Below are positions 25,083 to 37,385 of a stretch of DNA of 64,000 bases, one piece after another; the stretch's first letter is position 1; each line of letters begins with the position of its first letter. Source of the stretch: Octopus sinensis (taxonomy: Eukaryota); contig NC_043006.1 of the NCBI RefSeq assembly GCF_006345805.1, forward strand, positions 103,168,001 through 103,232,000, written 5' to 3'. Made by a program: the position numbers and the translations under genes. The notes under the pieces are model-generated. The model saw only the letters and a list, made by a program, of their open reading frames with translations. It had not been told where the DNA came from and did no database searches.

Positions 25083-25493
25083 ATTACTACCTCCACCTTA
25101 GCGAAGGCGGAAGTATTGTTGTCAGTCGCATTTGTTTATTTGTCTGTCCGTGGACAAGATATCTCAAGAACCGCTAGATGGATTCGAATGAAACTTTCAG
25201 GGATGTTTGGCCTCGTGACTGGCACGAACTGGTTAAATTGTAGGATCGATACGATGCGGGACAAGGGTTCTGGATTATTTTTTATATTTACTTTACAGGA
25301 TTACGCCTTTACGTTACCTTTCAAGTCGTTCCCTTTAGGCTGTAATTAATTTGAATGGTGAATTTGTTAACTTTGGATTGTATTAGATAAGGATAGACTA
25401 TTTATTACTGTTACTAAAAATCATCTCTGGCTAATCGTTGAGAAGACGTTGGTGTTGCCTTGGCAGAGGTTTTCACTCTCAGGGTGCTCTTGT
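25083..25493 (+). mobile_element. Helentron-associated non-autonomous element (HINE/DINE-1-like)
   Basis: 5' subterminal IR acctccacctt...aaggcggaagt, short gtctgtccgt repeat, core gatggattcgaatgaaactttcaggg, 3' subTIR ccttggcagaggt, terminal hairpin cactctcagggtg, ending in a T run. This is the established HINE architecture. Confidence 0.75.
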
Positions 25494-25899
25494 TTTTATT
25501 AATATTATTAGATCATCGGAAAGAAAAAAATAAACGCTACATTGTATTTCTAGCAATTGTTTTCTTTTACACTCTGAGTAAAAATGAAATCGAGGTCATT
25601 ATGGCCTTTCATCCTTTCGGAGCAGATTGGGCATTGAGGGCAATATATTTTACTTGTTTCCTCTTTGTCCTACCAGTTGCCAAATTCTCTATGTTCTACT
25701 AGACCAATAGTGGGTGAGCTGAGATGTCGTCTATGTCGGCTTGTGACTACATAAACATCTAAAACAATTAGGGAAAGTCCGATGAATGTTATCTAAATTA
25801 ATACTGATGACCTCACTCGCGAATGACCATACACCTTTAGTATGTCGCGTGCTATTCAGAGGATATTAGAACCTGAAAAGGTAGAGTGGTCTCACAGCT

Positions 25900-27200
25900 G
25901 AACTCTATGATCATGATCTCGTGTGACAACCGTTAGCGTTAATTACCGCCAGGCATCTTCTGTACATTGAATGCACCAAACGATTGACGAAGGCCATGGG
26001 CATAGCAGCCCACACTGTTAAAACTTGCAGTGAGTTGTGCAGCAGTTGTCGGTCTTGGATGTGTGTCATTTAACCTTCTTTGGATTTCGTTCCACATGTT
26101 CTCTATGGGGTTCAAGTCCAGACTTAGGGTACGCCATGGCATTATCTAGATCTTATGCTGTTGGAGGAGGTCTGTTGTCAACCTAGTAGTATGGGCACGG
26201 GCGTTGTCGTGTTGGACCAAGTACTTCCGATGGCAGGCAAAGTATAGCACAATGTGAGGCCTCAAAACTTGGTTGATGTAACGAGCAGCTGTTACTCCTT
26301 TGACCCGGTCTTGGACATTGTTTTAGAAAATCACCAGTCCAAGTTACATACCATGATACTTTGTCCTCCAATTGAGCGTATCTCTACCACACAGCCATCT
26401 GCATGACGTCCACCCCTTCTTCTCCAAACCCTAGCTCTGCCATCTGCAACAGAAATGCTATATCGACTTACGCCAGAGAAGACAACAATCCTCCAGAGCT
26501 GATATCACCAGTTCTAACGTTTTTAAGCCCACTTCAGACGGGCCCGTCGATGACGATCTGTGAGGATGGGGCCCCTAGCCGGATGTCGACAAGACAGATT
26601 GAAAGATCTCACCCGACAGCGAACTGTCTCTGCGCAAATAGGGTTGTGGTGAGTCAATATGGTCTGCCAAGATGATTTTGTTTCTCTTCGGAATCGGTCC
26701 TGCAAGTGCTGTCGGTGAAGGTGGGATCTTGACGTGCCGTTGTAATCCTCGGTCGGTTACTGCACGGACGATCATCCGTGATGTTTGTAGCATTCTACCG
26801 TTTCCGCAGCCGCTCAATTATCCGAATACTGCAGTTCAAGTCATTAGCAATGACCCATGGACGTTGATTTGTATGGATGCGTCCGATAGCTTGCCCCCTC
26901 TGATTTTGTGTCAGTCATGGCATGCTTGTTGCGTTCGGGAAACGAACGACAGGGCGGTAAATTTGGGTGCCTTTTTTACGCAATGAGTCAACGTTTTGCA
27001 GGTGCATCAGGCTTTTCAAAGAAGATGCTCTCACGAGTATTACCGTGTTCACGGAAAATGTCAAAAGGGATTGGTGTTGTGGGTCAGCGACATGTTCCTG
27101 AAGTTAAATTACCTAAATATGTGATAAAATACATATAATCTCAATATCGTGTGTGAAACAATCGTTTACAGTGGGACCTTTCTTTTGTAGTTCAGGACAC
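25900..27200 (-). mobile_element. Tc1/mariner transposon, decayed transposase
   Basis: Fragments ETVRCRVR...RHPARGPILTDRHRRARLKWA (26523-26705) and LDLNPIENMWNEIQRRL (25939-26142; Tc1 SPDLNPIE-W motif). TIR ends not resolved. Confidence 0.85.
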
Positions 27201-27279
27201 ACACACGCATACACACACACACATACACACACACACACACGCACGCAGACACACAGAGTATCTAATGTAATCATGTAAA

Positions 27280-27603
27280 GACACCCTTTGGTCATGAATG
27301 ACCATGGGATTGCACCTTGAAAGTTCTCCTCTGAATCCCAAGTCCGGACAAGGTTGCTTCTTGGAAAACCAACGGTCATCCATGCATACAAATTATCCTA
27401 CTCTACGCAACCGATGTTGTCTAAAAGATAGGCAAAGGCCCGATACAGCTTGACGCAAGTGATGTCGCAACTCATTTCTACAGCTGAATAAACTGGAGCA
27501 ACGTGAAATAAGTCTATTGCTCAAGAACACAATGCACAGTCTGGTCGAGGAATCGAACTGACAACCTCATGACTGCAAGCCCGACACTCTAACCATTCAC
27601 CAT
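27280..27603 (-). mobile_element. Family-C SINE, diverged
   Basis: Colinear reverse complement of the 37044-37378 copy. Confidence 0.85.
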
Positions 27604-28107
27604 GTTCTTTCATACAGACATAGAATAATATATTTGGGTGGGAGGAGAAAGTCTATTAAATTGAGCCTCTTACATGACTAGGGATTTATTTTATGGATCA
27701 TAGATGAAAAAAAAGTTGACTTCGGTGAGATTTGAACTTAGATGATAAATAACCACAACAAAATAATCTAATGTCCTTTGTTCAGCGCTCTCACAATACC
27801 ACCATTAAATCTGTCAATGACGATACATATTCTTCTGCCGAAAATTCTTAGTATTAATAGAAAGTTTTCTTAGTAATAAAGTTTTAAGACGGTGTTAAAA
27901 GATTAGAAACAATATTTGTATCTCATAAAATAATTAATGCTCGAGTTTGTTTTCTAAATCCTTAAGGAAATAAGTGACAAACCCTAACATTAGTACGATT
28001 ATTAATTAGCAGCGGAACAAAGTGTTACCGTGTTTTCTACTTTGGCACAGAGAATAGTACATCAAATTAGGCTACATTTTAGCATATTATATTAGCCATC
28101 GATTGCA

Positions 28108-28715
28108 AACAGAGAGAGAGAGAGAGAAGCTGACAGAGGGAGAGAGAAAGATGGGAAGAAAGATAGAGAGAGAGACAGAGAGAGAGAGAGAAGGATTTAG
28201 AGACAGGTGTGTTAGAGAGAGGGGTTTTAGAGAGAGAGAGTGAGGGTAGAGAAAGAGATCGAAAGGGAGAGTGAGAAAAATCGAGAGAGAGACACACAGA
28301 CGAAGAGGAGAGAAAATATGAGAGAAAGAAGGAAAGATCGAGAAAGAGAGAGAGATATATATACCGAGAGAGAAAGACAGAGAGAGAGTGGGAGAGAAAA
28401 AGACGGGTAGAAAGACCAAGAATGAGGCAGAGAAGAAAATGAGAGAGAGAGAGAAGGAGGATACCGAGAGAGAGAGAGAGAAAGAGAGAGAAAGGGAGAG
28501 AGAGAGAGGGAGAGAAAATATGAGAGAAAGAGAGAGTGAGACAGAAAGATAGGGAGGGAAGGACAGAGAAAAAGAGAGAAAAAGACCGCGAACGAAACAG
28601 AAAGAGAACATATGCGAGAGAGAGAGAGAGTGGGGGGAAGAAAGTGAAGATAAAAGAGAGTGAGTGAGGGAGAGTTGGGAGAAAGAGAGTATGTGAAAGA
28701 GTAAAAGAGAAAGGG
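28108..28715 (+). repeat. Degenerate (GA)n polypurine tract
   Basis: ~600 bp of almost exclusively A/G on the + strand. Confidence 0.93.
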
Positions 28716-28942
28716 AGGGCTTCTAATGAATCACCGAGCGACTTGGAATGGATGTTCAATGTCCACCAAGTCACACGGTGTCGCATCAAATAAAGAATGT
28801 CACATGGAAGAGTATGGTCTCTTATATAGAAAATAAGACGGGGTGGTCACGTTTAGAATGTATTTCTTCACATTACAGTGTTCAGTGAGAGATGACATTG
28901 TTTTAAAAAATTGCAATCTTAATAATTTTACCCGCTAAAAAA

Positions 28943-29120
28943 GCAGCGAGCAGGTAGAATCGTTAGCACGCCGGACGGAATGCTTAGCGACACTTCGTCC
29001 GCTTTCATGCTCTGAGTTCAAATTTCGCTGAGGTTGACTTTGCCTTCCATCTTTTCTGGTGTCGATAAATTAAATACCAGCTGATCTGCTGACCTCGTGT
29101 CAAAATTTGAAATCAATAAT
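28943..29120 (+). mobile_element. Family-B SINE, internally deleted
   Basis: gcagcgagcaggtagaatcgttagcacgccggac...gagttcaaattt...ttgactttgcc...gtcgataaattaaataccag. Confidence 0.8.
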
Positions 29121-29140
29121 TTTGCCCGTTAAACTTAAAT

Positions 29141-29186
<46 letters not shown>

Positions 29187-29204
29187 AGCTGCTGCTGCTG
29201 CGGT

Positions 29205-29265
<61 letters not shown>

Positions 29266-29422
29266 GCTACTACTACAACCACCACTAGAGGCGCCGTTGC
29301 TGCTGCTTATACTACTTCTAGAGCCGCTACTACTACTACTACTACACCTACTGCTATTACTACTACTACTACTACTACACCTACTACTACTACTACCACC
29401 ACCACTAGAGGCGCCGTTCCTG

Positions 29423-29455
<33 letters not shown>

Positions 29456-29460
29456 TTACT
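29141..29460 (+). repeat. (TAC)n microsatellite with a 120-bp higher-order duplication
   Basis: ACT runs; accaccactagaggcgccgtt occurs at ~29278 and ~29398. Confidence 0.92.
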
Positions 29461-30612
29461 GATTTAAAAACAAACAATCAAGCGAAAGAAACAGGATCAG
29501 CACACGATTGAGGACAAAGGTCAACCATAACATTATCGAGACGGTTTCCTTTTTAGACTAAAACTAATCAGGTTTTCAGAAGCTTGTAAAACACGAACGC
29601 CATTTGCAACGGAGATCTTTCTTTTAACAGAATTACAACGTTGTTGTTTACTTTTGAAAAGGGTCGTTTAAAATTGAGTGTTAAATTCTAGCAAGAGAGA
29701 ACGATTATTTCCCAACACACACGGTGTTTACATTTCTTTCTTCACGATAACAAGACCAAATGATCAAGCTATATTATTCAAAGCAAATAGAGTGATTAGC
29801 TTTTAAGTTATTACTCATTTAAAATTCTCTAATCTTCTTGTTGTTTTGTGTTGTTGTCATTGGCGTTGGTGGTGATGGCTGTAGTGGTGTAGGAGTTGGT
29901 GTTAAACTAGTCAAAAGCCCGGAATTGTCCTTTGTTAGGTCATTGGATTATTGACGTGGAGCGATATTAAACACCTAAAGATCTCTAAATGATTATTTTA
30001 ACACTGTATGCTTTATTGCTATTAACACTTGTTTAGTTCCTTCTATTAGGCTAATGTAATTATCACACAAACCACGCAGCTGAAACAGTGGCCATAATAA
30101 CGACGACGACGTGCGACAAGAACAACGACAGCAACAACAGAAGAAGGTGCAGCAGTAGCATCATCATCGTCATCATCATCATCATCATCATTATCAGCAG
30201 CAGCAGCAGAAACAGCAGCAGCAGAGATATCAACAACAACACTTTGCAAGTAGAGAAGCAAGATTAAAAACATCAACAAAAGCGACTCGCAAACGCACCA
30301 GAGGAGAGACAAGATTAACAACAACAACAACAAAAGCAACAACAGCTCTCTCTCTCTCTCTCTCTCACTCTCTCTTTCTCTCTATCTGTCTCACACGCAC
30401 TTTCTATGTCGCACACACACACACACGCAGACACACACATACACATGCATGCACACGCAGACACACTCATGCACAGACAGACGAAAACAGTAGCTGTAGG
30501 GACATCAATGAATTTAAGGATAGCATCGTCAATTCGTGCATGCGCACTCGCACTCAGCGAGCGCACGCGCGAATAGCAAGATTAAGGAACACAGCAACAA
30601 CTATAACAATAC

Positions 30613-30648
<36 letters not shown>

Positions 30649-30727
30649 CACACACAGACACGCACATACACACACACATTCACATCTGAACAAATTGCTT
30701 TGAATAATATATTAAAACACATTCAAG

Positions 30728-30743
30728 ATATACATACATACAT

Positions 30744-30774
<31 letters not shown>

Positions 30775-31693
30775 TACATACAAACATACATACATACATA
30801 CATACATGCATACATACATACACATACATACATACATACATACATACATACATACATACGTACATACAGACATACATACATACATACATACAGACATACA
30901 TACATACATACATACATGCATACATACATACATACATACATACATACATACTACATACATACATACATACAGACATATATACATGCATGCAAATATAAAA
31001 ACACCCAAACATAAAAACCTCTATACATACATTCCTATGCATGTATATATACAAAGATTCATACATATACTGGACACAAACATACACACATTCCTACATA
31101 CATGCATACATACATAGGTGCATGCATTCGTTCATACACACATGCAAAATGTATGTGTATATGCATGCATGCATACATAATTCCTGCTACACGTATACAT
31201 ACATTCCTATATTCATACACAAATGCATAGATACATACATGCATGCATGCTTACATACTTTCATACATACAGACATACATATATACAGACAAACATATCT
31301 GCATACAAGTATATGCACGAGAAGAAATACATAAAACAAAACATACAATTCTGCACGTAGACATACATACATACATACATACATACATACATACATACAT
31401 ACATACATACATACATGCATACATACATACATACATACATACATACATACAAAAATACCCTGTTGTTGAGGTTGAAATTCCAATGAAGAAGTCTTGGATC
31501 TCGGTTAGAAACCGGTTCTTTCTCCATTGGCAAGAAATTTTGAAATAAAACTGAATAATGACATACATACATAGACACATACACACATAGATACATACAT
31601 GCATACATGCATACATACATACATACATACATACATACATACATACATACATACATACAGACATACACACACATACATACATAGATACATACA

Positions 31694-31727
<34 letters not shown>

Positions 31728-31742
31728 CATACATACTTACAT
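30728..31742 (+). repeat. (TACA)n/(CAGA)n microsatellite field
   Basis: Long CATA repeats with interruptions. Confidence 0.95.
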
Positions 31743-32579
31743 TCTCACATACATAGAACGAAAATACTACAGAAGCCATGTAAAATATCGTTAGATAACG
31801 GGGAAGCAAGATTCTATTCCCCACTCATGTTCGCCGAAGTCAACTGCACTCAGCACGAGCACTTGCTGCCTTAGTCGCTGTCCTTGAAAATCTTCCAATG
31901 ACCTGTTCGTTAATATTCCCACTTGTAGCGGAAAGTAGAATGATGGTCTTTGGTGTTACAAATACTTGAAAGTGAATATTCTAAAGAGGCACTCTGTGAT
32001 TCTGTTTAAGATAATCCACCGGTTATGTGCTAGGGTCAACAACAACAAAAGACACCACTGCTGTACACAATCCACAATTTCTTTGTGGAATATCATGCTA
32101 GATAGTTATGAGTAATTCATTAGAGTAATGTTTACGTTCTATGTGAACTATCCGTCGTATATCATACTTGAAAGTCGAACGATTCTTAGAAACGACTCGA
32201 TTTAATAACTACCTTTTCAACTGATATATGACCAAAGGGAATGTTTATACTTGACTGTTGAACAGGTAAAACTGTTTTCCAAACACACAAGATTCATATC
32301 AATAGACTCTCTGTTTCTTCTGTTCCCTCTACTTTACCAATTCCACAGAACGAGCGCTAGAAATACCAAGGTATTCAAAAATGCAATGAACAAAGTTCTA
32401 GTAACCAAAAAATATACTAGGCATAGGAAAATATGGGCCACCGTATTTGTTTTTTGTTTCTTTAGCCGAAAGGAGAAACTGCGCCCCTGGACAATTACAG
32501 GAAAAGCAAGTTAAACAAGTCAATATATAAAAAAATGTTAAATGCATTTAATACAAAGAATGTACATATGTATTCATAC

Positions 32580-32639
32580 AGAAGTCCGACTTACACAGAA
32601 TGGAAACGATATCAAGAATTCTGTGTAAATTGGACTTCT
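32580..32639. repeat. 60-bp fold-back (22-bp arms)
   Basis: agaagtccgacttacacagaat / attctgtgtaaattggacttct with a 16-nt loop. Confidence 0.75.
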
Positions 32640-32649
32640 TTTATATATA

Positions 32650-33844
32650 TCTATACGATAATGGAGAAAGCTGCTTATTAATCAGGTATGTAAGTTTATT
32701 AAAAGTACTAAAAGAAAGCAATTATTAAAGGATTAACCATCCAGGAATATGTTTGTAAATTCATGTTCTGAGAGATTTCCTACAATTTCGATTTCTCAAG
32801 TTTATTCAATCTTTTAACGCCTTTTTATCTCAGATTCAAATATTCATTGCATTCACTGCGTCCAATTCTTCACATATTTAAATATTCATTGCATTCACTG
32901 CGTCCAATTATTCACAAATTTAAATATTCCATGCATTCACTGCGGAGTATTCCATTTTCATTTGCAAGGCCTCTCACTTACACTTTTAATGTTTTCATTT
33001 CAAGTTTTAATTCGTTATTTGGAAAACCAACAGTTTATCCTATTAATGTATCCGCAATGTAAAAACATTATTTATTGAATGAAAGAATTTTTAAATACCC
33101 ATATAATTTTTGTAAAAAGAAATTATAAGTGATTTTGTTGTGGCTGTTTTGGAACGCTGTAAGCCTTATAATAATAACTATCCGTGCTGATTTTCGCCAT
33201 TTTAATTTTTTACTTAAAAACCATGAGAGGAACCTTTTCGGTGAAAAAAAGAAAAAAAAACAAACAAAAAACATGTTGTAAATATTTTCAGAGGAAAAGA
33301 GAAATTTTGCTGACGTTTTTAGCACAACCCAAACTCCCCTCCCTTTTCACTCTCAAATGTATTCACGTTTTATCCATATTTTTCTCCCATTAAACACATT
33401 TTATGGAATGATGATGCTGAAGTAATTCACGCGTGGTCCATCGGTGAAAGAAAAACAACAAAATGAATTGTTATCTAAATTTTTACCCCCACCTCAATCA
33501 AGCGAAGCCGTGTGTGTGTGTGGGGGGGATGCGTATGTGTGTGTTTGTAGAAAAACATTTTCTAACAGAAAATTATGCTATTAAAATCCTGTACATAACA
33601 ATTGCAGCATGGAAGATGTTTGTAAGCCATTCAAGAACACACAAAAACAGTTACTTTCACTTCAACATTTAAATTACATTTGTGTCAAAATGTTTTCGTC
33701 TCTTTGGAACAGCGAACTGTCAAAATATCATGCTGTAACATTTTTCTGAAGCTTTGCCAGTGAACAGGTCGCGGTTTCAAAGCGACGAAAATATGTTGAC
33801 GCAAGGGGCTAGCAGAAAACCGCCCAGAGCGGTCTTTCTGCTAG
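32650..33844 (+). mobile_element. Probable non-autonomous Helitron
   Basis: 3' end has hairpin accgc-ccaga-gcggt (33819-33833), then CTAG (33841-33844) and T. A candidate A|TC 5' end lies at 32650 (uncertain). There is an internal 42-bp tandem repeat at ~32838-32945. Confidence 0.55.
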
Positions 33845-33928
33845 TAGTGCATACATATCTACATTCTTTGTATTAAATGCATTTAACACTTTTTTTATAT
33901 AACTTGCTTGTCCTTACATTTTTTTGCC

Positions 33929-33966
<38 letters not shown>

Positions 33967-33990
33967 ATATATTATATATATATATATATA

Positions 33991-34281
33991 AATAAATGGA
34001 GTTAAACACAGTTGTTATTCAAATTATTTTACTTCCGACATATGTTTCGAAGACAACATTGGTATTATTCCAAAGGAATAAAATGGTGTAAATCAATGTA
34101 ATCTTCTCATCATGGAAAGAAAGAAAGAAGCCAAACTCATCAATCTTTCTTTCTTTCCGTGGTGAGAATATTACATTGTTTTAAACCATTTTATTCCTTT
34201 GGAATAATAACAATGTTGTCTTCGAAACATATGTAGGAAGTAAAAGAACTTGAATAACACCCGGGTTTAACTCCATTTATT
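33991..34281. repeat. ~290-bp inverted repeat; each arm carries a hammerhead-like fold
   Basis: 33991-34128 is the reverse complement of 34145-34281 with scattered mismatches; 16-nt spacer; abuts (TA)n. Confidence 0.9.
34032..34118 (-). ncRNA. Type-I hammerhead ribozyme-like motif (core variant AUGAUGA)
   Basis: Minus strand: ttcc-ATGATGA-gaag[long hairpin]cttc-GAAA-catatg-TC-ggaa. Stem I ttcc/ggaa, palindromic stem III acatatgt, GUC triplet; C3 is replaced by A. Confidence 0.55.
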
Positions 34282-34514
34282 TATTTAAATATATTATTCA
34301 AAATATTTCACATCAACTCGGAGTATCTACCTTTACAAATAGGGTGTTACGTCCTTATTATTTCTGTGATTTTTTGCTGCCTTGGTAACTGTATATTTAT
34401 TTTTTCCGTGTTAATTGTAAACAAGGGAAAATTACACACATCCATTTATATATATATGTACATATGTATGTATATATATATATATATATGCAGTCATACA
34501 TACACATACACACA

Positions 34515-34640
34515 TTCTTCTAGTTTCCACCCACCAAATTCACTCGCAAGGCTTTAGAGGGCTCGAGGCTATAGTAAAAGACAATTGCCGGAGTTGTCAC
34601 ACAGTGGCTCTGAATCCAGAAGCATGTGGTTTATGAGAAA
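34515..34640 (-). mobile_element. Diverged family-A SINE 5' half
   Basis: caccaaattcactcgcaaggcttt...cgaggctatagtaaaagaca is the reverse complement of the family-A body. Confidence 0.65.
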
Positions 34641-35789
34641 ATTAATTACCATACTGCCCCAACTGTCGAATCGTCATTTAGTCTGACGTCTACGCTAAAA
34701 ATTACAGACATAGTGTCTCCCACTCTCTGCTTACCATAAGGACTAGGGCATGCAGCTGTATTTAAGGCCTCCAAAGTTATCTTCTTCAGAACGACTCACT
34801 TCTGTGAAGGACGCTATGGTGTATTTTGTATGAATTCACGACCGTTTCCACGTACACAATAATACCCATGCCCTTGCAAGTGAAGAATCTAATTACCAAT
34901 ATATCAGAGATGGATTTCTGATACCAGTTCGAGTAGGAGGGTTCTGTGGCGAGTACGGAAGTCGCGAGTGCGAGCGCGGTTTGAGCCAAGTACGGGTCCG
35001 TATCTCAGTGATAGTTGCGAAAATTCGAATGAAACCTAAGAAAACCGAAATGAAAAAGGCTTTCTTGCCAACACTAATCGCGCACGGATCACTTGGTCCT
35101 TTAATGATTTCAGTCGATTACGAGTCGTTGGAGCCTTTTACTTCGCAAATTCCGACGGCTCGCAGTCGACTGGGCTTGTTCAGTGTGTAACAATTTAAAT
35201 TACCGAATCGACCGATTTCGAAAATGGTTAGCGCTAGAGTGAGCAATCACTGCTGGAACGACCGGGCGACAAGATTGTGCGATCGGTGGCGAGACAAATT
35301 TCTGATGCCAGGTGGAATAGGAGGGAGTTGGAGCAAGCATCAGAAGTGCATGATACCACAGCCATCACAACAAAATATTCGTCGCTAGGTGAAGAAAAAA
35401 ATAATCTAACACAAACGATATATTCACATCAAAATGTATTGGACAAACAGTATCGTGTTACGAAGGCCACTCTATAAATGCTTGAAGAGGTGGTCACAAG
35501 CAATGAAACAGACACAAATGGAAAAACAAAATGGCAGAAGAGTTGATTAACTGCAGTTTCAAAATTACATACACGTAAATGAACGTGTGTATGGAAACGT
35601 ATATTTACACTATCGAACTGCCTTTGACTCAGGTATGTAGAAAAACGTGAGGAATAGCTAGTCTATTGTTACTCTTCATTCGGTATGGTGCGGTAACATG
35701 CTCCGCGTCTTATCTAATAGTTTTCACTTACGTATGTAGTTGCGAGCAGACATCGATAACCTTTCGCCTCGTGCCACCCCAGATTCAGT

Positions 35790-35985
35790 GAAGAATCCAT
35801 ATTGTAACAACTGAGAGGGAGGCAGTGTTGCCCTAGGTCCCTGGCTGATATATATTACATCAGAGTAGAAGGGAACAACAAAAAATGAAGTTCATTGCTC
35901 AAGAACAAAAGTCCCCGTCTCCCCCAGAATTGAACCGACGTCGTTATTTTTGCAACCCGTGCACACTAACCAATAACTCAGGCGC
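35790..35985 (-). mobile_element. Old family-C/D-like SINE remnant
   Basis: aatgaagttcattgctcaagaaca...gaattgaacc...ctaaccaataactcaggcgc resembles the reverse-complemented head and body of families C/D. Confidence 0.45.
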
Positions 35986-36140
35986 TTTCGCATAACATAT
36001 GCTACATAAAGACAATTCAAATCTGCAATTCGAAAAATATTTCGGTTTGTTTTAAAACTGTAATTCGTTCAACTGACGAAAGTAGAGTAAAAAAGAAAAA
36101 AAAAAGAGAAAACAATTCAGAATTGCATACAAATGCCCAC

Positions 36141-36216
36141 GGACATATGACGTAGTGGTTAAGAGCGCGGGCTTCTAACTCCAGGATTCCGAGTTCGATT
36201 CCAGGCGGTGACTTGT

Positions 36217-36247
<31 letters not shown>

Positions 36248-36420
36248 CATCAAAAAATACCTTAGGAATGAGAATCCAGTTTCGAAATTTCTCCAAGATA
36301 CCTGATGAAGGCTGGAGGGTATATCAGCCGAAACGTTGTTAACAACAAACAAGATGAGGACAAATATCCGTCAATTGTAAATAATGCACATAATTCCTCA
36401 TCTCTTAAATATAGAACTGA
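36141..36420 (+). mobile_element. tRNA-headed SINE-like element with internal (TAA)n and a hammerhead-like 3' module
   Basis: A-box-like tgacgtagtgg (36148), B box gttcgattcc (36193), (TAA)n 36217-36243, then cctgatgaaggctggagggtatatcagccgaaacgtt. Confidence 0.7.
36297..36342 (+). ncRNA. Minimal hammerhead ribozyme-like core
   Basis: CTGATGA (36302-08), one extra A, stem II ggctg/cagcc (5 bp, 10-nt loop), GAAA (36330-33), palindromic ACGT stem III, GUU triplet. Stem I has only 2 bp in this copy. Confidence 0.6.
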
Positions 36421-37043
36421 AAAACTTCTTTTGTTAAAAGTTATCAACCAGTCTCGATGTAGTCCATATGAAAATATATGATACTGAACAGAGCTAAGAA
36501 GGAAATGCGTTCTATACGTCTTCACGCGTCTGTAAATATTTTCTTCCAAAACCAGTGAATATTCTTGGATAACCACTTCGAAAAACATAGCATTTCGACC
36601 GATGATTTACATTTGTATCGAACTTAACTACGTTACTAAGTGTTGAAATAACAATATCAAAAATATCGGATTCTTAAGGTCAATAAAGGAATCAGAGAGC
36701 GTAAAATTTGCAAACTTAATCTGTAAGTGAAACATAAAATATGGAATGCTTTTCTGAAGTTCCACATCTAATTCTTAATTGTTGCCGTTACCTAGATTTT
36801 AGCGATGGAGATTTGTTGATTTGTTAGAAAGCCGCTTCTTGTTTCTAAGAAATATACAAAGAATCAAAACGAAAGAAAACTCACATGTACACATGCATGC
36901 ATGTATACATATACAAACATAGATCTACAAGACAAAAGCTGTTGTGGAATTACCTGTCCAGGAGATGGGAACATTTCATGAAAAAGTCAGTTAAAAAGTT
37001 AGCATTAACAGACAAGTTATATATTAAGTTATTACATTAGTGA

Positions 37044-37378
37044 AGGCGCATGGCTCAATGGTTAGAGCGTCGAGCTTACGATCGCGAGGTTGTCAGTTTG
37101 AATCTCCGACCGGGCTATGTGTTGCGTTCTTGAGCAAGACACTTTATTTCACGTTGCTCCAGTTAACTCAGTGGTAGAAATGAGTTGCGACGTCACAGGT
37201 GCCAAGCTGTATCCGCCTTTGCCTTTCCTTTGGATAACACTGGTGGCGTGGAGAGGGTAGGCCGGTATGCATGGGCGACTGCTGGTCTTCCATAAACAAC
37301 CTTGCCCAGACTTGTGCCTGGGTGGGTAACTTTCTAAATGCAATCCCATGGTCAGCGTCGTGACCGAAGCGGGTCTCA
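37044..37378 (+). mobile_element. Family-C tRNA-derived SINE, full length
   Basis: Head ggcgcatggctcaatggttagagcg (A box), gtttgaatctcc (B-box-like), body tcttgagcaagacactttatttcacgttgctccag, tail ...caatcccatggtc...gaccgaagcgggtct. Confidence 0.9.
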
Positions 37379-37385
37379 GATATAT

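Noticed and set aside
36141-36212. Possible genuine tRNA gene
   Set aside because: A and B boxes are present, but the acceptor stem does not pair and it runs into a TAA tract and repeat body; treated as a SINE head.
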